Below are positions 34,770 through 43,779 of a DNA stretch of 64,000 nucleotides, piece by piece. The notes under the pieces were generated by a model that was given only the letters and a program-made list of their open reading frames with translations, did not search any database and had not been told where the DNA came from. Where the stretch lies: assembly GCA_001790445.1 (NCBI GenBank), contig MGCQ01000008.1:90676-154675 (forward strand), given 5' to 3'. Source of the stretch: Candidatus Saccharibacteria bacterium RIFCSPHIGHO2_12_FULL_41_12. Lineage in GTDB: Bacteria; Patescibacteriota; Saccharimonadia; Saccharimonadales; 2-12-FULL-41-12. Position 1 is the first letter of the stretch, and each line of letters begins with the position of its first letter. The translations under genes and the position numbers were made by a program.

Positions 34770-35477
34770 ATGTTTATTTATGAGCGACAAAATAGGGGCA
34801 GGGGAAAAACAGAAGAAGGCTTCACTATCCTTGAGTTGATTATTGCCTCAACGGTTTTCAGTTTGATCATGCTACTTTCTACCACCGGACTTATTCAGAT
34901 TGGCAAAACTTACCACAAGGGACAAATAACAGCCAAAACACAAGAAACAACTCGTGGAATTGCAGAAGAAATATCTAGAGAAGTCCAATTTAGCAATAGT
35001 GCAGTGGAAAAGTCACATAATGATTCTGCCCCAGGAGCAAATTATGGCGGAACCGTGGGTGGGGTCATGGTAAAGGCAAAATGCATTGGTGACACCAGAT
35101 ATAGATACGTAGTTGGTCAACCCAAAATAAAACTTGGTCAAACGGATAATCTTGGTGATCCGGCAAATCCAACATTGAGGCATCTTCTATGGGTTGATAA
35201 AAAAGATCGTCCAGAAGATCTGTGCAAGGCCGACGGTTTGGCTTTTGTTGATCAAAATAAGGGCAGAGAGTTATTGGCACAAAATATGCGTCTAATAAGT
35301 TTCGACGTTTCACCTGCCGGAGACAATGTAAATATCAATATAAAAGTCTATTATGGAGATTATGATTTGGCAGGTGGCTTAGCTGGGAATGGTACGGCGT
35401 CCTGTGAATCAACCAAAAATGGTGGGCAATTTTGTGCCTCCAGCGAACTATCCACAGTTGTACGGAGGAGAATATAA
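34770..35477 (+). CDS. minor pilin / pseudopilin
   Basis: EEG/FTILELIIASTVF prepilin-type N-terminus. Confidence 0.75.
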   Translation: MFIYERQNRGRGKTEEGFTILELIIASTVFSLIMLLSTTGLIQIGKTYHKGQITAKTQETTRGIAEEISREVQFSNSAVEKSHNDSAPGANYGGTVGGVMVKAKCIGDTRYRYVVGQPKIKLGQTDNLGDPANPTLRHLLWVDKKDRPEDLCKADGLAFVDQNKGRELLAQNMRLISFDVSPAGDNVNINIKVYYGDYDLAGGLAGNGTASCESTKNGGQFCASSELSTVVRRRI

Positions 35478-36518
35478 GTGTACTATAAAAGCAATATGAG
35501 GGGACAAAATAACCTAGTGAGTAACCAGTCAGGTATGGTTGCTTTTGTTGTTACGTCTTTTATTATCATCATGATGAGCTTAGTAGTACTAGCTTTTTCG
35601 CAGAATACCCGTCGTGAACAACGCCAAGCTTTAGATCGCCAACTTTCTACCCAAGCGTATTACACTGCAGAATCAGCAGTGAATGAAACTATCAAATATA
35701 TTAAGGATAACACTGCTCAAACCCCACTCCCGGTTGGTTTTAAGGAAAAAAAAGATAATTGTGAATCGTTAACCGGAACAGACATAGATAAGTTAGGTGG
35801 TCAAGATTCAGAAAATACGTTCAAATACACGTGCGTGATGTGGAACATATATCCAAAGCAATTAGTCCTTCAAGAACTTAATGACCAAGGCAAAATTATT
35901 TCGGTGAACACAAAGGATTCAAATCTCAGTAAACTAAAAATCTCCTGGGAAGATGTTGATTGGAAAGATGACACAGTTGGCAGAATCGGCTTTTGCCCAA
36001 CATCCGGCAATAATTTTTCGGCGACCACAATTTACGATTGCAATATAGGTATACTCAGAGCTTCAATCATTCCTTTTACAGGTGATAGGACTAGCTTGAT
36101 TGACAGTACATACACAGTATTTTTGCGTCCAAAAAATGGTTCAACAGCAGTATATTCTCCTCATAATTCTGGATCTTCGACCCAAGGCAATGTTGTTGGT
36201 TCAACATGTGATACAAAAACCTGTTCAGTTACTATAAATAATTTACCAGGCGGGAATAACTTTCTACTTCTTAAGTCAATTTATAGGAAGTCAAATGTGA
36301 CTATTGAAGGTTTCACCGCCGCCGGAGTGCCTGTCGAATTTAGTGAAGGTCAAATAGAAATTGATGTTACTGCCCGAGCCAGCGATATTATCAAAAGAAT
36401 TAAGGTAGCTGTTCCAAAGGGGCACTATGACAGATCGGGTTATTCTGTAGAAGCTCTGGATGGAATTTGCAAAAAACTCGAAGTTTGGCCAACTAGTTCA
36501 ACCAACCCTTGTCCATAA
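35478..36518 (+). CDS. PilX-like pilus-associated protein
   Basis: N-terminal hydrophobic helix MVAFVVTSFIIIMMSLVVLAF lacking Glu5. Last gene of the pilus operon. GTG start. Confidence 0.5.
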   Translation: MYYKSNMRGQNNLVSNQSGMVAFVVTSFIIIMMSLVVLAFSQNTRREQRQALDRQLSTQAYYTAESAVNETIKYIKDNTAQTPLPVGFKEKKDNCESLTGTDIDKLGGQDSENTFKYTCVMWNIYPKQLVLQELNDQGKIISVNTKDSNLSKLKISWEDVDWKDDTVGRIGFCPTSGNNFSATTIYDCNIGILRASIIPFTGDRTSLIDSTYTVFLRPKNGSTAVYSPHNSGSSTQGNVVGSTCDTKTCSVTINNLPGGNNFLLLKSIYRKSNVTIEGFTAAGVPVEFSEGQIEIDVTARASDIIKRIKVAVPKGHYDRSGYSVEALDGICKKLEVWPTSSTNPCP

Positions 36519-36565
36519 CGGGTCTTTTTGATAAAACTTGTTTTTATATAGCTCAGCTTGTAGGG

Positions 36566-37480
36566 TTATGGTTTCTTGCGGTGAAATTTGTCATGCACGC
36601 TCTTAAGATGTGGATCTGTTATGTGGGTGTATATCTGAGTAGTCGAGATATTGCTGTGTCCCAGCATTGCCTGTACGGACCTCAGATCGGCACCGTTCAT
36701 CAGTAGATCCGTGGCATATGAGTGACGCAGAGTATGTGGCGATACATGTTTAGTGATGCCGGCCTTTAGGGCGTAACTTGCGACTAATCTTTGCACACTC
36801 CGTGGGGTTAGACGCATGAAATTTCCGGTTTGGTCAACCTTTTTGAATCCTCCAATGCGCGCAAACAAGGGCGGACTAGAATCAGTGCGTTTTTCTAAGT
36901 ATTTTGCTATCCAACTAGCCGCTTCTTCACTGATAAAAATCGGACGGTCTTTTTGACCTTTTCCGCGCACCATAAATTCTCTGCGAGTTAGATTGATGTT
37001 GTCTTTGTTCAAATTGGTCAGTTCTGACACACGTAGCCCACTAGAAAACAGTAATTCCAGTATCGCTCTATCGCGCAGTCCTGCCAAACTTTCAACATTT
37101 GGTTGGCTGATTAATCTCTCTACTTCTTCGTTGTCCAAAAATGTTACCTGAACGCGCTTGGTTCTCGCCAGTTCAATTTTATCTGCACTAACAACTTCAA
37201 GATCTCTTTTTGAGCAGTACTTTAAGAAGCTTCTCAGAGCAATCAAATGATAATTCTGAGTATTTTTTTGCAGTTCATCACTGTTATTTGTGCCAAGCCT
37301 ATTCAGCCAAAGCCGCCATTTGCGTATCAAATCCGGAGTAATTTCAGCTACGTCGATATCCCCCGCAAAATCTACTAATCTGGTCAAATAATGCCGATAA
37401 TTACTAATAGTTTTTAGAGACCTATTTTGCTCAATTTCCATGTGCTCTAGATATTCTTCGATCATCGGCTCAAGCTTCAT
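36566..37480 (-). CDS. xerC: tyrosine recombinase XerC/XerD family
   Basis: C-terminal catalytic signature HTLRHSYATDLL...GHSNISTTQIYTH and an N-terminal SAM-like domain. Confidence 0.9.
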   Translation of the reverse strand: MKLEPMIEEYLEHMEIEQNRSLKTISNYRHYLTRLVDFAGDIDVAEITPDLIRKWRLWLNRLGTNNSDELQKNTQNYHLIALRSFLKYCSKRDLEVVSADKIELARTKRVQVTFLDNEEVERLISQPNVESLAGLRDRAILELLFSSGLRVSELTNLNKDNINLTRREFMVRGKGQKDRPIFISEEAASWIAKYLEKRTDSSPPLFARIGGFKKVDQTGNFMRLTPRSVQRLVASYALKAGITKHVSPHTLRHSYATDLLMNGADLRSVQAMLGHSNISTTQIYTHITDPHLKSVHDKFHRKKP

Positions 37481-37563
37481 GCACTCATTATACTCGATTA
37501 GCCTAGATGTTCATTCTATACATCTGTTATAATTAGAGCATTAGCATATAAATAGGAAAACTC

Positions 37564-38028
37564 ATGGAAAAAACATTAATTATACTTAAACCAGATGCCC
37601 TGCAGAGAAGTTTAGTCGGCGAAATAACCAGTAGATTAGAAAAAAAAGGCCTCAAACTTATAGGGGTAAAAATGTTACGGCTAGATAATGCCATCCTGCA
37701 GGCTCATTATGCTCACATTGTTGACAAGCCTTTTTACAAGGGTATTGAAGATTTTATGAAGAGTTCGCCGGTAGTAGTGATGGCTTGGCAAGGTTTTGAG
37801 TGCACAGAGTCGGTTAGAATATTGGTGGGGGCGACCAACCCAAGAGAAGCCGCCTCTGGTAGCGTGCGTGGTGATCTCGCCATAGGGCAGGGCAGAAATC
37901 TAATCCATGCATCAGACAGTAAAGAAAGTGGTGAGAAAGAAATCGCTCGTTTCTTTGAAAAATCAGAGATATTTGAATATGAAAAGCTTGAATACGAGCA
38001 TATTTATGAGCCTTACGAGCGCAAATAG
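37564..38028 (+). CDS. ndk: nucleoside diphosphate kinase
   Basis: EKTLIILKPD...NLIHASDS active-site region. Confidence 0.95.
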   Translation: MEKTLIILKPDALQRSLVGEITSRLEKKGLKLIGVKMLRLDNAILQAHYAHIVDKPFYKGIEDFMKSSPVVVMAWQGFECTESVRILVGATNPREAASGSVRGDLAIGQGRNLIHASDSKESGEKEIARFFEKSEIFEYEKLEYEHIYEPYERK

Positions 38029-38056
38029 AGTAAAACGTGCTTTTTTGGCACAATTG

Positions 38057-38132
38057 GCCCTGGTAGCTCAATGGATAGAGCAGTTCCGTCCTAAGGAAAA
38101 GGTTGTAGGTTCGACTCCTACCCAGGGTACCA
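38057..38132 (+). tRNA. tRNA-Arg (anticodon CCU)
   Basis: Hand-folded cloverleaf: acceptor GCCCTGG/CCAGGGT, D arm GCTC/GAGC, anticodon loop GTCCTAA, T arm GTAGG-TTCGACT-CCTAC, encoded CCA. Confidence 0.9.
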
Positions 38133-38337
38133 TCATGACTCTTGCACCAGACAGCCTGCTTTCTGGCAGAGCCAGAAACCCTGCTGTCTTCTTGTACATT
38201 TTTGGTTTAAAAATCTTGCGGTGCGCACTTCACCGTACTTGTGTACGGCTCGTTTACGCTACGCAATTTTTAACCAAAACTGCACTAAGTGCAAAAGCCA
38301 TGAACATCGGTGAAGTTAATATTGTGATGTGTAATTT
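38133..38337 (+). ncRNA. structured tRNA-Arg trailer containing M1 repeat copy 3
   Basis: Hairpin 38149-38189. Long-range helix 38200-38220 / 38262-38279 enclosing TTCACCGTACTTGTGTACGGCTCG. Hairpin TGCAC/GTGCA at 38281-38293. Confidence 0.4.
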
Positions 38338-38877
38338 ATGAAAGGTTTTAAAGATCAGCTCGACGGAGAAGAAGTCCTCTTTGTCTTCCGCAAACACCCG
38401 ATAGTTATGCGAAAAGGACTGATTTTTGCGTCGGTAGCTCTTGTGATAGGAGTCCTCCCATCCTTAGTAAAACCAGAATACAGTGTCCTAATAATCGGTT
38501 TTTTGGTTGGATTTATCATGGCCATAGCAGTGATGTTGCCGTTTTGGATAACATGGTACTACAGCGTCTTTATTGTGACTGATCAGCGTTTTGTCCAGTT
38601 AACCCAAAAAGGCTTATGGAATAAAAGCGTTGTTGACATCGCTCTGCCACAGATACAGATGGTCAACTACGAGGTCCAAGGATTAGAGGAAACCATGCTT
38701 GGATTTGGTACAATAATGATGCAGACATTTGTTGGGGACTTGGTGATCCATGATATTCATCACCCAGAGACAGTCCAGAAAACAATGCTTTCTGTGCTAC
38801 GAGAAAAGGGTTATATAGGCGCTATAAACAGTAATTTTAGTAAAGGAAATGATGAAACGATTCAAGAAGATAATTAG
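38338..38877 (+). CDS. membrane protein with a bacterial PH-like domain
   Basis: Two TM segments followed by a YdbS/YdbT-like pattern (VFIVTDQRFVQL). Confidence 0.5.
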   Translation: MKGFKDQLDGEEVLFVFRKHPIVMRKGLIFASVALVIGVLPSLVKPEYSVLIIGFLVGFIMAIAVMLPFWITWYYSVFIVTDQRFVQLTQKGLWNKSVVDIALPQIQMVNYEVQGLEETMLGFGTIMMQTFVGDLVIHDIHHPETVQKTMLSVLREKGYIGAINSNFSKGNDETIQEDN

Positions 38878-39892
38878 AAAAAAGCCCATCGCTACCGATG
38901 AAGATGATCAACTCTCTCAAAAGATTACCAATGAAAACATAACTGAACACAGGGAAGAGGTTATACAGGCAGGCAGAAAATTTAAGTACCCAATGGCAGT
39001 GACAAAAAACCGGCTTGTTGCGGTGTCATTGATGGTTGGGTTGGTGGCTTTTATTATATTGTTTAGCGTTGTTACAGCTATGCTTTATCAAACAAAAAGC
39101 ACAGCTCCGTATCTTCAAAAAGTCACGAGGGTGGTGCCTTTTCCTATTGCTCGCATAGGTTCAGATTTTGTTCTGTATGAAGATTATCTCTTTGAAGTAA
39201 ACCACTACGCTTTTTACTACAAAAATCAACAAAAGCTTGACCTTAAAAGCGAGTCGGGCAAAGCCCAGATGTCAGAATACAAAAAACGAGCGTTAGAAAA
39301 GGTCATGAACGATGCTTACGTCAAACAAATTGCCAAAAAGAATAATATTACGGTATCAGACAAAGAAGTTGATCAAACTTTAGCAATTTTAAAATCTCAG
39401 AATAGACTCGGTGCCAGTGATGAAGAGTTTAAAACAACGCTGCGCGAATATTGGGACTGGTCAGTCAGCGATTTTAAAAGAAGTCTCAAATTGCAAATTC
39501 TTAACCAAAAAGTACTAGAATATTTGGACAAAGACACCAGCGCCAAAGCAAACGATGCTTACGTAAAACTTCAATCTGGTGTACCTTTTGACCAATTAGC
39601 GACGCAAGTATCCGAAGACACAGTGACCAAAGCTCAGGGTGGAGCTCTCGGTTTGGTTGACAAAAATAACAAGGATATTTCGCCATTTACTGTTGACGCA
39701 ATTTACAAATTGGACGTAGGACAGTTCTCAAAGCCAATTAATATTGGCTACGGGCTTGAAATTGTAAAAAACAACGAAAAATCAGACGATAAGGTCAAAG
39801 CTTCTCACATAGTATTTAATTTCAAAGCCATGAATGACTTCCTAAATCCAATAAAAGAACAAAACAAAGCTCGCCTCTACATCAAAAATTAA
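38849..39892 (+). CDS. membrane-anchored peptidyl-prolyl isomerase (parvulin/PrsA-SurA-like)
   Basis: TM anchor plus a parvulin-like C-terminus (FDQLATQVSED...GGALGLV...GYGLEIVK). Confidence 0.7.
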   Translation: MMKRFKKIIRKKPIATDEDDQLSQKITNENITEHREEVIQAGRKFKYPMAVTKNRLVAVSLMVGLVAFIILFSVVTAMLYQTKSTAPYLQKVTRVVPFPIARIGSDFVLYEDYLFEVNHYAFYYKNQQKLDLKSESGKAQMSEYKKRALEKVMNDAYVKQIAKKNNITVSDKEVDQTLAILKSQNRLGASDEEFKTTLREYWDWSVSDFKRSLKLQILNQKVLEYLDKDTSAKANDAYVKLQSGVPFDQLATQVSEDTVTKAQGGALGLVDKNNKDISPFTVDAIYKLDVGQFSKPINIGYGLEIVKNNEKSDDKVKASHIVFNFKAMNDFLNPIKEQNKARLYIKN

Positions 39893-39952
39893 ACAACCAC
39901 TAACCTAAACTATTTCATATTTAACTCTATTATTTGCTATGATTTTGTCATA

Positions 39953-40528
39953 GTGAGCAATATTAAAGCTATTATTTTTGATTGCTTTGGAGTTATATAC
40001 CCACAGGCTTCAGGTGATTTCTTTGAAAGGCACAAAAAGCTTTTTAATAATGACAGTAGTCCCTTAGATGGCTTGAATCTAAAAATTGATTTAGGAATAA
40101 TTTCGCGGAAGGAGTTCTTCATCGGTCTAGAATCTGTTACAGACATACCAGCTATCGTAATTCAGTCTGAAATAGATCAAGAACTTTGGCCAGATACAGA
40201 CTTAATTGCTTTCATAAAAGAATTGAATAAATCATACAAAATTGGTTTACTTTCAAACGCTGGTCAAGAAGAAATCGCCATCATTTTTCGAGACAAAGTT
40301 GACGCCCTTTTTGATGCTACGGCAATTTCCTATGAATTAGGTGTCGTCAAACCAAATACTGAGATATTTGTTGCCTGCGCTAAAAGGCTAGGGGTAAAGC
40401 CAGAGGATTGTCTATTTATTGATGATAGTATGGTTAATATTGAGGCGGCTGAAAAACTAGGTATGAAAACATTATATTACCCAAGTTTTGGCATTATCCC
40501 TGACGAACTAAACAACCTACCAAAATAA
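39953..40528 (+). CDS. HAD-superfamily hydrolase
   Basis: Motif I-like IIFDCFGVI, SNAG, and a C-terminal FIDDS motif. Confidence 0.7.
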   Translation: MSNIKAIIFDCFGVIYPQASGDFFERHKKLFNNDSSPLDGLNLKIDLGIISRKEFFIGLESVTDIPAIVIQSEIDQELWPDTDLIAFIKELNKSYKIGLLSNAGQEEIAIIFRDKVDALFDATAISYELGVVKPNTEIFVACAKRLGVKPEDCLFIDDSMVNIEAAEKLGMKTLYYPSFGIIPDELNNLPK

Positions 40529-40529
40529 A

Positions 40530-40552
40530 AAGCACTTCTAAATAAAGTGCTT
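40530..40552. terminator. hairpin terminator (T-run on the minus-strand side, after tRNA-Asp)
   Basis: AAGCACTT/AAGTGCTT stem flanked by AAAATAAAA on the plus strand. Confidence 0.5.
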
Positions 40553-40557
40553 ATGCG

Positions 40558-40633
40558 TGGCGGGCTCGACCGGATTTGAACCGGCGATCTCCTCCGTGAC
40601 AGGGAGGCGTGATAACCACTTCACTACGAGCCC
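40558..40633 (-). tRNA. tRNA-Asp (anticodon GUC)
   Basis: Acceptor GGGCTCG/CGAGCCC, anticodon loop CTGTCAC, T arm GCCGG-TTCAAAT-CCGGT, encoded CCA. Confidence 0.9.
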
Positions 40634-40708
40634 TCAATCAATCAAGCATAGCAAAAACAGGGGTAAAAATCAAATCATCTTTTTGATATTCAGGGGCATT
40701 TTGGTATA

Positions 40709-41074
40709 ATGATTACTGTATTTATGCGAGCAACAAACACATTTTTTCATGACCGAATAGTATTATTCTTTTTAACGATCAATACTTTTTTGTTTGTTGT
40801 TTACGAAATATTTTTAACACTCAACTATGATCCAGATGCAAGCTATTTTATCCAATACAGAGCGGGAGCCAGTGTTGACGAGTACAAATCAGGGGACGCC
40901 ACAGATATAATTTTTTTTGCGGTATTTGCAGCTCTTGTGTATGCCCTGCAATTTCTTCTTAGCAAAAAGATATACAAAGACCAAAAACACGCAGCGTGGG
41001 CAATAATGTCCTCATCTACCCTTGTATTAACGCTAACTATTTTGGCAACATGGGCTCTGTTTAAGCTACGTTGA
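40709..41074 (+). CDS. hypothetical membrane protein
   Basis: 121 aa with 4 hydrophobic segments. Overlaps the downstream GT2 gene start. Confidence 0.5.
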   Translation: MITVFMRATNTFFHDRIVLFFLTINTFLFVVYEIFLTLNYDPDASYFIQYRAGASVDEYKSGDATDIIFFAVFAALVYALQFLLSKKIYKDQKHAAWAIMSSSTLVLTLTILATWALFKLR

Positions 41075-42654
41075 TGAAAGATATCGAAATACCTCTTCAG
41101 CCACAAAAGACAAAAAAGTATATATTTTTTGAAAAAGTACCAGCACTTTTGTCTTGGTCACTTCTGCTTTTGCCAATCGTTCTGAGCCAAATTAGTCCCC
41201 CATTGACGGCTTTGTTTATCCTGACCTATCTGTTGATGTGGTTTGCCAGAGCCATCGGTATGAACATTCGAGTGTTACATGCCTGGAAAGTACTCCATGA
41301 ACACCAGCGTCAAAATTGGGAAATATTACTTAATGATCTAGAGCATAGGACAGTTTCTAATAATACACCTGTTTGGCATGGAAGAAGTATCAAACGATTA
41401 GACAAATACCCCGCCAAATTTAAACCCAGCGAAGTTGTTCATGGTGTAATTATTGCTGTTTACAACGAAAGCGTAGATATTGTTGAGCCAACAATCAAAG
41501 CCGTTATCGCTTCTAATTTTGACAAAAACAAGATCGCTCTGACAATTGCTTGTGAACAAAGAGGTGGCAAAGCAGTAGAAAAAACCGTAAAAGACCTGAT
41601 AGAAAAATATAGGAAGCATTTTATGATGGCAGATGTTTATATGCACCCCATGGATATTCCGGATGAAGTTATTGGCAAAGGTGGTAATATTAACTTCGCT
41701 GGTAGAAAATTACAGGCTTGGTTTGAGTCCAAAAGTATTGATCCCGCACGGGTTTTAATTACCATTCTTGACGCGGATAATCGACCACACCCTAACTACT
41801 TGGCCTCTCTAACTTACACATTCTGCCTCTGTCCGGAACCAAAATATATTTCTTTTCAGCCAACGCCAATCTTTAGTAATAATATCTGGGACGTTCCCGC
41901 TCCAATGCGCGTGATAGCTACTGGTAACTCTTTTTGGATGGTTGTTTTGTCGATGAGAGAACACATGCTGCGTAATTTTAGTGCGCATGCTCAACCTCTT
42001 GATGCGCTGATTGAGACAGATTTTTGGAGTAGCAGAACAATCGTAGAAGATGGGCATCAGTTTTGGCGCTCATATTTTAAATTTAATGGAAAATACGAGG
42101 TATATCCAGTCTATTCAAGTATTTACCAAGACGCAGTTCTAGCAAAGACTTACAGGGCAACGCTCAAAGCTCAGTTTATCCAGCTCAGGAGGTGGGCTTG
42201 GGGGGCTTCAGATATAGCATATGTAGCGCAAAAGGGGTTTTTGACCAAGAACAAAGTTCCCAAAGTAGATCTCTTTATCAAATTATTTAGATTAATAGAG
42301 GGACACGTTAGTTGGGCCACAGCACCTATCATCGTCACTTTTGCGGCATTTGTGCCGATAATTTTTAACTCAGACGACATTGCAGCCAATCAACTACCTA
42401 ATCTGGCCAGCTATATCCAGCGGATCGCTATGGTCGGTCTTATCATCACTATGTATTTGAGCTTCAAGTCTCTACCACCTAAGCCCGCGCGTTACAAAAG
42501 ACATAGAAGTATCTTTCTTGTATTTCAGTGGGTACTGCTCCCTGTAACTGGTATTTTATATAATGCTTTGTCAGCGCAAGTGGCACAAAATAGACTACTT
42601 TTTGGCAAATACTTGGATAAATTCGACGTTACAGAAAAATCTGTTAGAAAATAA
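41071..42654 (+). CDS. membrane glycosyltransferase family 2
   Basis: VIIAVYNES and ILDADN (DxD) motifs. N- and C-terminal TM segments. Confidence 0.75.
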   Translation: MMKDIEIPLQPQKTKKYIFFEKVPALLSWSLLLLPIVLSQISPPLTALFILTYLLMWFARAIGMNIRVLHAWKVLHEHQRQNWEILLNDLEHRTVSNNTPVWHGRSIKRLDKYPAKFKPSEVVHGVIIAVYNESVDIVEPTIKAVIASNFDKNKIALTIACEQRGGKAVEKTVKDLIEKYRKHFMMADVYMHPMDIPDEVIGKGGNINFAGRKLQAWFESKSIDPARVLITILDADNRPHPNYLASLTYTFCLCPEPKYISFQPTPIFSNNIWDVPAPMRVIATGNSFWMVVLSMREHMLRNFSAHAQPLDALIETDFWSSRTIVEDGHQFWRSYFKFNGKYEVYPVYSSIYQDAVLAKTYRATLKAQFIQLRRWAWGASDIAYVAQKGFLTKNKVPKVDLFIKLFRLIEGHVSWATAPIIVTFAAFVPIIFNSDDIAANQLPNLASYIQRIAMVGLIITMYLSFKSLPPKPARYKRHRSIFLVFQWVLLPVTGILYNALSAQVAQNRLLFGKYLDKFDVTEKSVRK

Positions 42655-42657
42655 CGT

Positions 42658-43062
42658 TCATTTATAGTGGTGGGCATTGTAGTGCACGTAAGAAGCGTGG
42701 TCAAATCTCTTTAAAGTTTCAGATGCCAAGTCGCGCAGAGATCCCATATTGATAATGCCGTTTTTCTGAGTTGTATAAATTGTCTCTACGATTGTGCTGG
42801 TTATACCCCGCGCATCTTCGACAGGGTGCTTTCTGTGCGTTAAGGACTTAAATACACTAATGAGTAGCTTATCAGTCGAAAACGGGCTTATTTGGCCGTT
42901 TTTTTGGCTGACAGAGATTGATAGAGCAATATCAGGCAGTTCCCTAGAGGTAAACACAGCACTGCAAGACAAACATTTGTGTCTCCGCCAGGTTTTTGGT
43001 GTGGTCGGTGAGCTACGGGTTATTGTTGTTTTAGTCCCTTGACCACAGTATATACATATCAT
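42658..43062 (-). CDS. nrdR: NrdR-like transcriptional repressor
   Basis: N-terminal zinc ribbon CxxC...RRHKCLSCSAVFTSRE plus an ATP-cone-like C-terminus. Confidence 0.7.
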   Translation of the reverse strand: MICIYCGQGTKTTITRSSPTTPKTWRRHKCLSCSAVFTSRELPDIALSISVSQKNGQISPFSTDKLLISVFKSLTHRKHPVEDARGITSTIVETIYTTQKNGIINMGSLRDLASETLKRFDHASYVHYNAHHYK

Positions 43063-43200
43063 GTATATATATTGACATATCGCTATATAAAAAACTAGTG
43101 GATAAGCTACAAAAACCTGTTGGTTCGTTAATAATGTTGTCTATTTTTGTGCCATTCCCAGGTACTGAAAAAAAGGTTATTTATATACAGAAATTCATCC

Positions 43201-43235
43201 AAAAATTAAATGACCCCCTCCGTTTCCAGAGGGGG
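43201..43235 (-). terminator. intrinsic terminator (minus strand)
   Basis: CCCCCTC (43214-43220) / GAGGGGG (43229-43235). On the minus strand it is followed by TCATTTAATTTTT. Confidence 0.6.
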
Positions 43236-43259
43236 CTGCTTGTTTGTCTTTCGTTAATA

Positions 43260-43322
43260 TTACTTATCGAGTTCTTCGTAAAATAGGTCGAACTCGTCAA
43301 GAATCTTGACTCCTGTACTCAC
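43260..43322 (-). CDS. candidate 20-aa small ORF (MSTGVKILDEFDLFYEELDK)
   Basis: GTG start 6 nt after an AGGAG (43329-43333), with a terminator hairpin just downstream. Below the track length cut-off. Confidence 0.25.
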   Translation of the reverse strand: MSTGVKILDEFDLFYEELDK

Positions 43323-43407
43323 TAAACACTCCTGTTTAACCTAAGTATATTAACATAAACAAAATATAATGTCAATACCTATGCTTAAACTTTTCCAAGT
43401 TCGTATC

Positions 43408-43484
43408 TGGTGGGCGATAGAGGATTCGAACCTCTCACCTCCACAACGTCAATGTGGCGCTCTAGCCAAATGAGCTAATCGCCC
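43408..43484 (-). tRNA. tRNA-Val (anticodon GAC)
   Basis: Acceptor GGGCGAT/ATCGCCC, anticodon loop TTGACGT, T arm AGAGG-TTCGAAT-CCTCT, encoded CCA. Confidence 0.9.
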
Positions 43485-43681
43485 CCAGTAGAAACATAAT
43501 AACACACGCCCCTAGGTAGCCAATAAGCTAAAGATTTCCACATTATTAATGTAAATATAACAATATAGTAGTACTAGCTTTATAATACCATTACTGCTAT
43601 GATAGTCCTTGTTGGTGGGTTTTGCGATGTGTCAGTGTATATCAACTGGCAGTGAGTCCAGGCGGGCTTTATCGCAAATTT

Positions 43682-43746
43682 AAGCGTTTGTCTTATCAAA
43701 AAGTATAACTCTGCGAGGATACTTTTGGGGCAGACGCTTTTTTATT
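43682..43746 (+). terminator. leader terminator/attenuator upstream of thrS
   Basis: Outer stem AAGCGT/ACGCTT and inner stem AAAAGTAT/ATACTTTT, followed by TTTTTTATTT. Ends 34 nt before the thrS ATG. Confidence 0.45.
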
Positions 43747-43779
43747 TGCGCCAGTTCAAGTAGAATAACAGGTGATAAT

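Noticed and set aside
36566-38132. xerC-family recombinase plus tRNA-Arg considered as the integrase/attachment site of a genomic island.
   Set aside because: ndk lies between them. No second copy of the tRNA 3' end is present in the window. The recombinase has the standard XerC/D architecture.
37907-38341. 144-aa plus-strand ORF.
   Set aside because: It overlaps the 3' end of ndk out of frame and reads straight through tRNA-Arg and its structured trailer.
43098-43286. 62-aa plus-strand ORF between nrdR and tRNA-Val.
   Set aside because: It has no RBS and crosses a minus-strand terminator hairpin. The region is better explained by minus-strand features.
43587-43779. T-box riboswitch call for the thrS leader.
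   Set aside because: The conserved T-box sequence (AGGGUGGNACCGCG) and a clear Stem I specifier loop are not recognisable. Only a generic terminator and upstream helix are seen. It is kept as an unclassified attenuator.
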